Source: a virus (Duplodnaviria > Heunggongvirae > Uroviricota > Caudoviricetes). From it: a stretch of 31,705 nucleotides of DNA. The notes beneath the pieces are model-generated. The model was not told the DNA's origin. It did not search any database and saw nothing but the letters and a program-made list of their open reading frames with translations. A program made the translations under genes and the position numbers. Of the stretch, positions 29,666 through 31,705 are shown piece after piece (within the stretch, counting starts at the first letter, position 1; every line of letters starts with the position of its first letter). The stretch lies in IMG/VR virus record IMGVR_UViG_3300012348_000136, positions 64,001 through 95,705 of that record; one strand, given 5' to 3'.

Positions 29666-31370
29666 CCAATCGGTCCATAAAGGTATCACTTAAGTATCGT
29701 CGCGAATACTTGAGGAAATCCTTAGCACGCGAATCAAGTATGTAGGTCGTACTATAATCGTCAGCATGGCGTGTAGTGCGACCTGCACTTTGTTCAAGTA
29801 CCGCCGCGGTCTCACCTAAGTAAACATCGCGCGCAAATTTAAATCGGCGGGCCCATAATGTATTTCCGACATTTGGAAATGCGAGCTTGGTGATTATGTT
29901 AAATCGACCTTTATCATCCGCAAGGTCAATACCCGTGAATAGTGACGGGCCAACAAGAACCGAATCATGCGGCTTGTTTTCGAGCTGATCAAGCAGCTCA
30001 AGCTTTTCGGCTGTATTTGAATATGTTAGCAGACGATGTGAATGACGGCTGTTAGCTTTAAGTTCTTCGGCAATTAGATGAGTTACGGTATGAATAACAC
30101 CACGCTCATTTAGATGTGAATCAAGCAATTCATCAATCTTCTTTACGGCTTTATTGACGCTATCACGCCCGCCAGCATATCCCATGTCAGCTGTATTACA
30201 CAACACAATTGGCGACTTATCGGGATCCCAATCGCTATTCACGTTAATAATGCAGCACTTTGAAGGATCAAGCTTCCAGCGGTCAATCAGCAGCTTTGGC
30301 TGCAGCGTAGCGGACATGTATACACGTGTACGCGCAAAGTTTCGGAAGTGTCGATGAAACAGCAGATGGTCAGACATATTGTGATATGCACGTTCACCAT
30401 CTTCATCGCATACAACAAGATTGCGTAGCCCATGTTGCTGGATCATTTGTGTATAGTCCTCGACCTTACAGTGATGGTCCTTAATATCGTCCGCTAGTGT
30501 AAATAGACTCTTTACTTCGCGGGGAAGGTTCTTATGCCAAGCTGTTAAGTTAGCATTGTCATATCCGCCAGGAATGTAAGAAGACGCGAGGCTCTCTTTA
30601 ATTAGATTAAGCGTGTTCTTTACGGCTGTATATTCGGCATAGACCGTTTGCAGCGCAACGTGATGATTATGTGGATTTGACTTTTCCGGAATCTTTAGCG
30701 CTTCGGTGATTGCGGTGTATAGTGGGATTGTGGGTACATCATACATATGTCCAATTTTACGGAGTGCGCCAATGACTCCGTTTATACGATCAGCCGTTTC
30801 GGGTTTTAAGCGACACGCAAAATGACTTTCCACAATGTCAGGTATCTTATGCGCTTCGTCGCAAATGATTACGTCACGCGTGCGAAATGGAGACTTATCA
30901 CCCATCTTGCGCAGGACATAATTCATTTGAATTAGCCAGTAAGAATAATTCATTAGCGAGCGTGGAGACTGAATAGCTGCGCGTCGGCGTTGAATGTAAG
31001 CGCATGTTCCAGCGCAAGGTAATTCATTTGCTTCGGAGTATGACAATCCTAGCGAGCGGCAAACTCCTAGCGAGAATTTTTCTCCGTTAATGTCGCACGT
31101 GTATGTATCGACACCGCTGATTGATTTAACGTCTGAATGGCGTGATTTGAACTTTACATTACAGTCATATTCATATTGCTGCTGTAAAGACTTTTCACTT
31201 GTTAGCAGGTATGACATATATCCACTCTCCGCTAAAATCTTAGAGAGTTCAAGAGCGATAAGGCTCTTTCCTGTTCCTGTAGGCGCTTGAATGAATATGT
31301 CTTTCTTTCCGCTTGTCATTGCCTCGCGCACATGATCGAGAACATCTTGTTGTGCTGGCCGTAATTGCAT
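29646..31370 (-). CDS. DinG/XPD-family SF2 helicase
   Basis: QAPTGTGKS, Cys cluster, CDEAH, MSAT, GRTTRHADDY. Confidence 0.9.
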   Translation of the reverse strand: MQLRPAQQDVLDHVREAMTSGKKDIFIQAPTGTGKSLIALELSKILAESGYMSYLLTSEKSLQQQYEYDCNVKFKSRHSDVKSISGVDTYTCDINGEKFSLGVCRSLGLSYSEANELPCAGTCAYIQRRRAAIQSPRSLMNYSYWLIQMNYVLRKMGDKSPFRTRDVIICDEAHKIPDIVESHFACRLKPETADRINGVIGALRKIGHMYDVPTIPLYTAITEALKIPEKSNPHNHHVALQTVYAEYTAVKNTLNLIKESLASSYIPGGYDNANLTAWHKNLPREVKSLFTLADDIKDHHCKVEDYTQMIQQHGLRNLVVCDEDGERAYHNMSDHLLFHRHFRNFARTRVYMSATLQPKLLIDRWKLDPSKCCIINVNSDWDPDKSPIVLCNTADMGYAGGRDSVNKAVKKIDELLDSHLNERGVIHTVTHLIAEELKANSRHSHRLLTYSNTAEKLELLDQLENKPHDSVLVGPSLFTGIDLADDKGRFNIITKLAFPNVGNTLWARRFKFARDVYLGETAAVLEQSAGRTTRHADDYSTTYILDSRAKDFLKYSRRYLSDTFMDRLVKPQGR

Positions 31371-31376
31371 AATGTT

Positions 31377-31405
31377 ATATTATACAGATGCAGGCATTTT
31401 GTAAA
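31377..31405 (-). promoter_or_regulatory. sigma70-like promoter for helicase
   Basis: TTTACA-17-TAATAT on minus strand, 6 nt before ATG. Confidence 0.65.
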
Positions 31406-31438
31406 TAACAAAAAATTACTAATATATGAATTTTGTTA

Positions 31439-31467
31439 TTTACATGTGCTACATAGTCTTGTATAAT
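31439..31467 (+). promoter_or_regulatory. sigma70-like early promoter (divergent partner)
   Basis: TTTACA-17-TATAAT; -35 flanks form 14-bp inverted repeat 31400-31413/31431-31444. Confidence 0.8.
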
Positions 31468-31519
31468 AATTAAAAGTTCATTCGGTAATGGCTGCATAAA
31501 GGCTGTACAAGAAACCATG

Positions 31520-31575
31520 AATACCTTATAAGGTCCGAAGGTTCCCGAAGGGATCAGCAAATACCTTAAGGTCCG
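31520..31575 (+). repeat. direct repeat of palindromic units
   Basis: AATACCTTATAAGGTCCG and AATACCTTAAGGTCCG. Confidence 0.6.
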
Positions 31576-31705
31576 TGAAAGGCGGATTAGAGTCATTTTC
31601 CAGGCTTCGACGGACGGTTGGACGGAAAATCTGCGAAATTGTGAAAAAAAAATGACGAAAAATGAAAAAATTTCACATTTTATGAAAAAAGTTATTTACA
31701 AGCGG

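Noticed and set aside
12437-31596. Antisense and off-frame ORFs nested in long genes (e.g. 12962-13717, 15266-15676, 20501-21037, 26580-26984) and 31375-31596
   Set aside because: Shadow frames of well-supported genes or promoter-rich intergenic DNA, with no motifs or expression signals
1-31705. Genome-wide TAG reassignment (code 15)
   Set aside because: Long genes are intact under the standard code with no internal TAGs; only one candidate read-through site was found
1-31705. CRISPR array
   Set aside because: No regularly spaced direct repeats; the repetitiveness comes from tRNA consensus motifs

Overview
Fragment of a large T4-like (myovirus-type) phage genome. There are two promoter classes: sigma70-like early promoters (TTTACA-N17-TAnnnT, 10 copies) and T4 late promoters (TATAAATA). 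Bases ~1-10150 are a dense RNA-gene array with 27 full-length tRNAs (including an amber CUA suppressor and four normally short-arm tRNAs carrying long variable arms), a complete tmRNA (inferred tag (A)GENTLALAA), a truncated tRNA-Gly, and more than a dozen tRNA-like or structured spacers that are not ordinary tRNAs. These include a tmRNA tRNA-like domain with no message, a circularly permuted (YrlA-topology) tRNA mimic, and a tRNA body whose anticodon is masked by an insertion. Two homing-type endonucleases and several small late genes sit inside the array. Downstream lie: phosphoesterase-VWA-PurA-like genes, a gp21 protease homolog lacking the catalytic motifs, Ro60/TROVE with a Y-RNA-sized hairpin RNA, glycosyltransferases, uvsE, a nucleotidyltransferase-phosphoesterase pair, thyX, a SLOG protein, a holin/spanin-like cassette, phoH and a DinG-family helicase. 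Best candidate for an undescribed system: a phage tRNA-mimic/decoy and RNA-repair module (re-bodied tRNAs, anticodon-less mimics, TLD-only tmRNA, Ro60/Y RNAs). All folds were derived by eye; no searches or folding programs were run.
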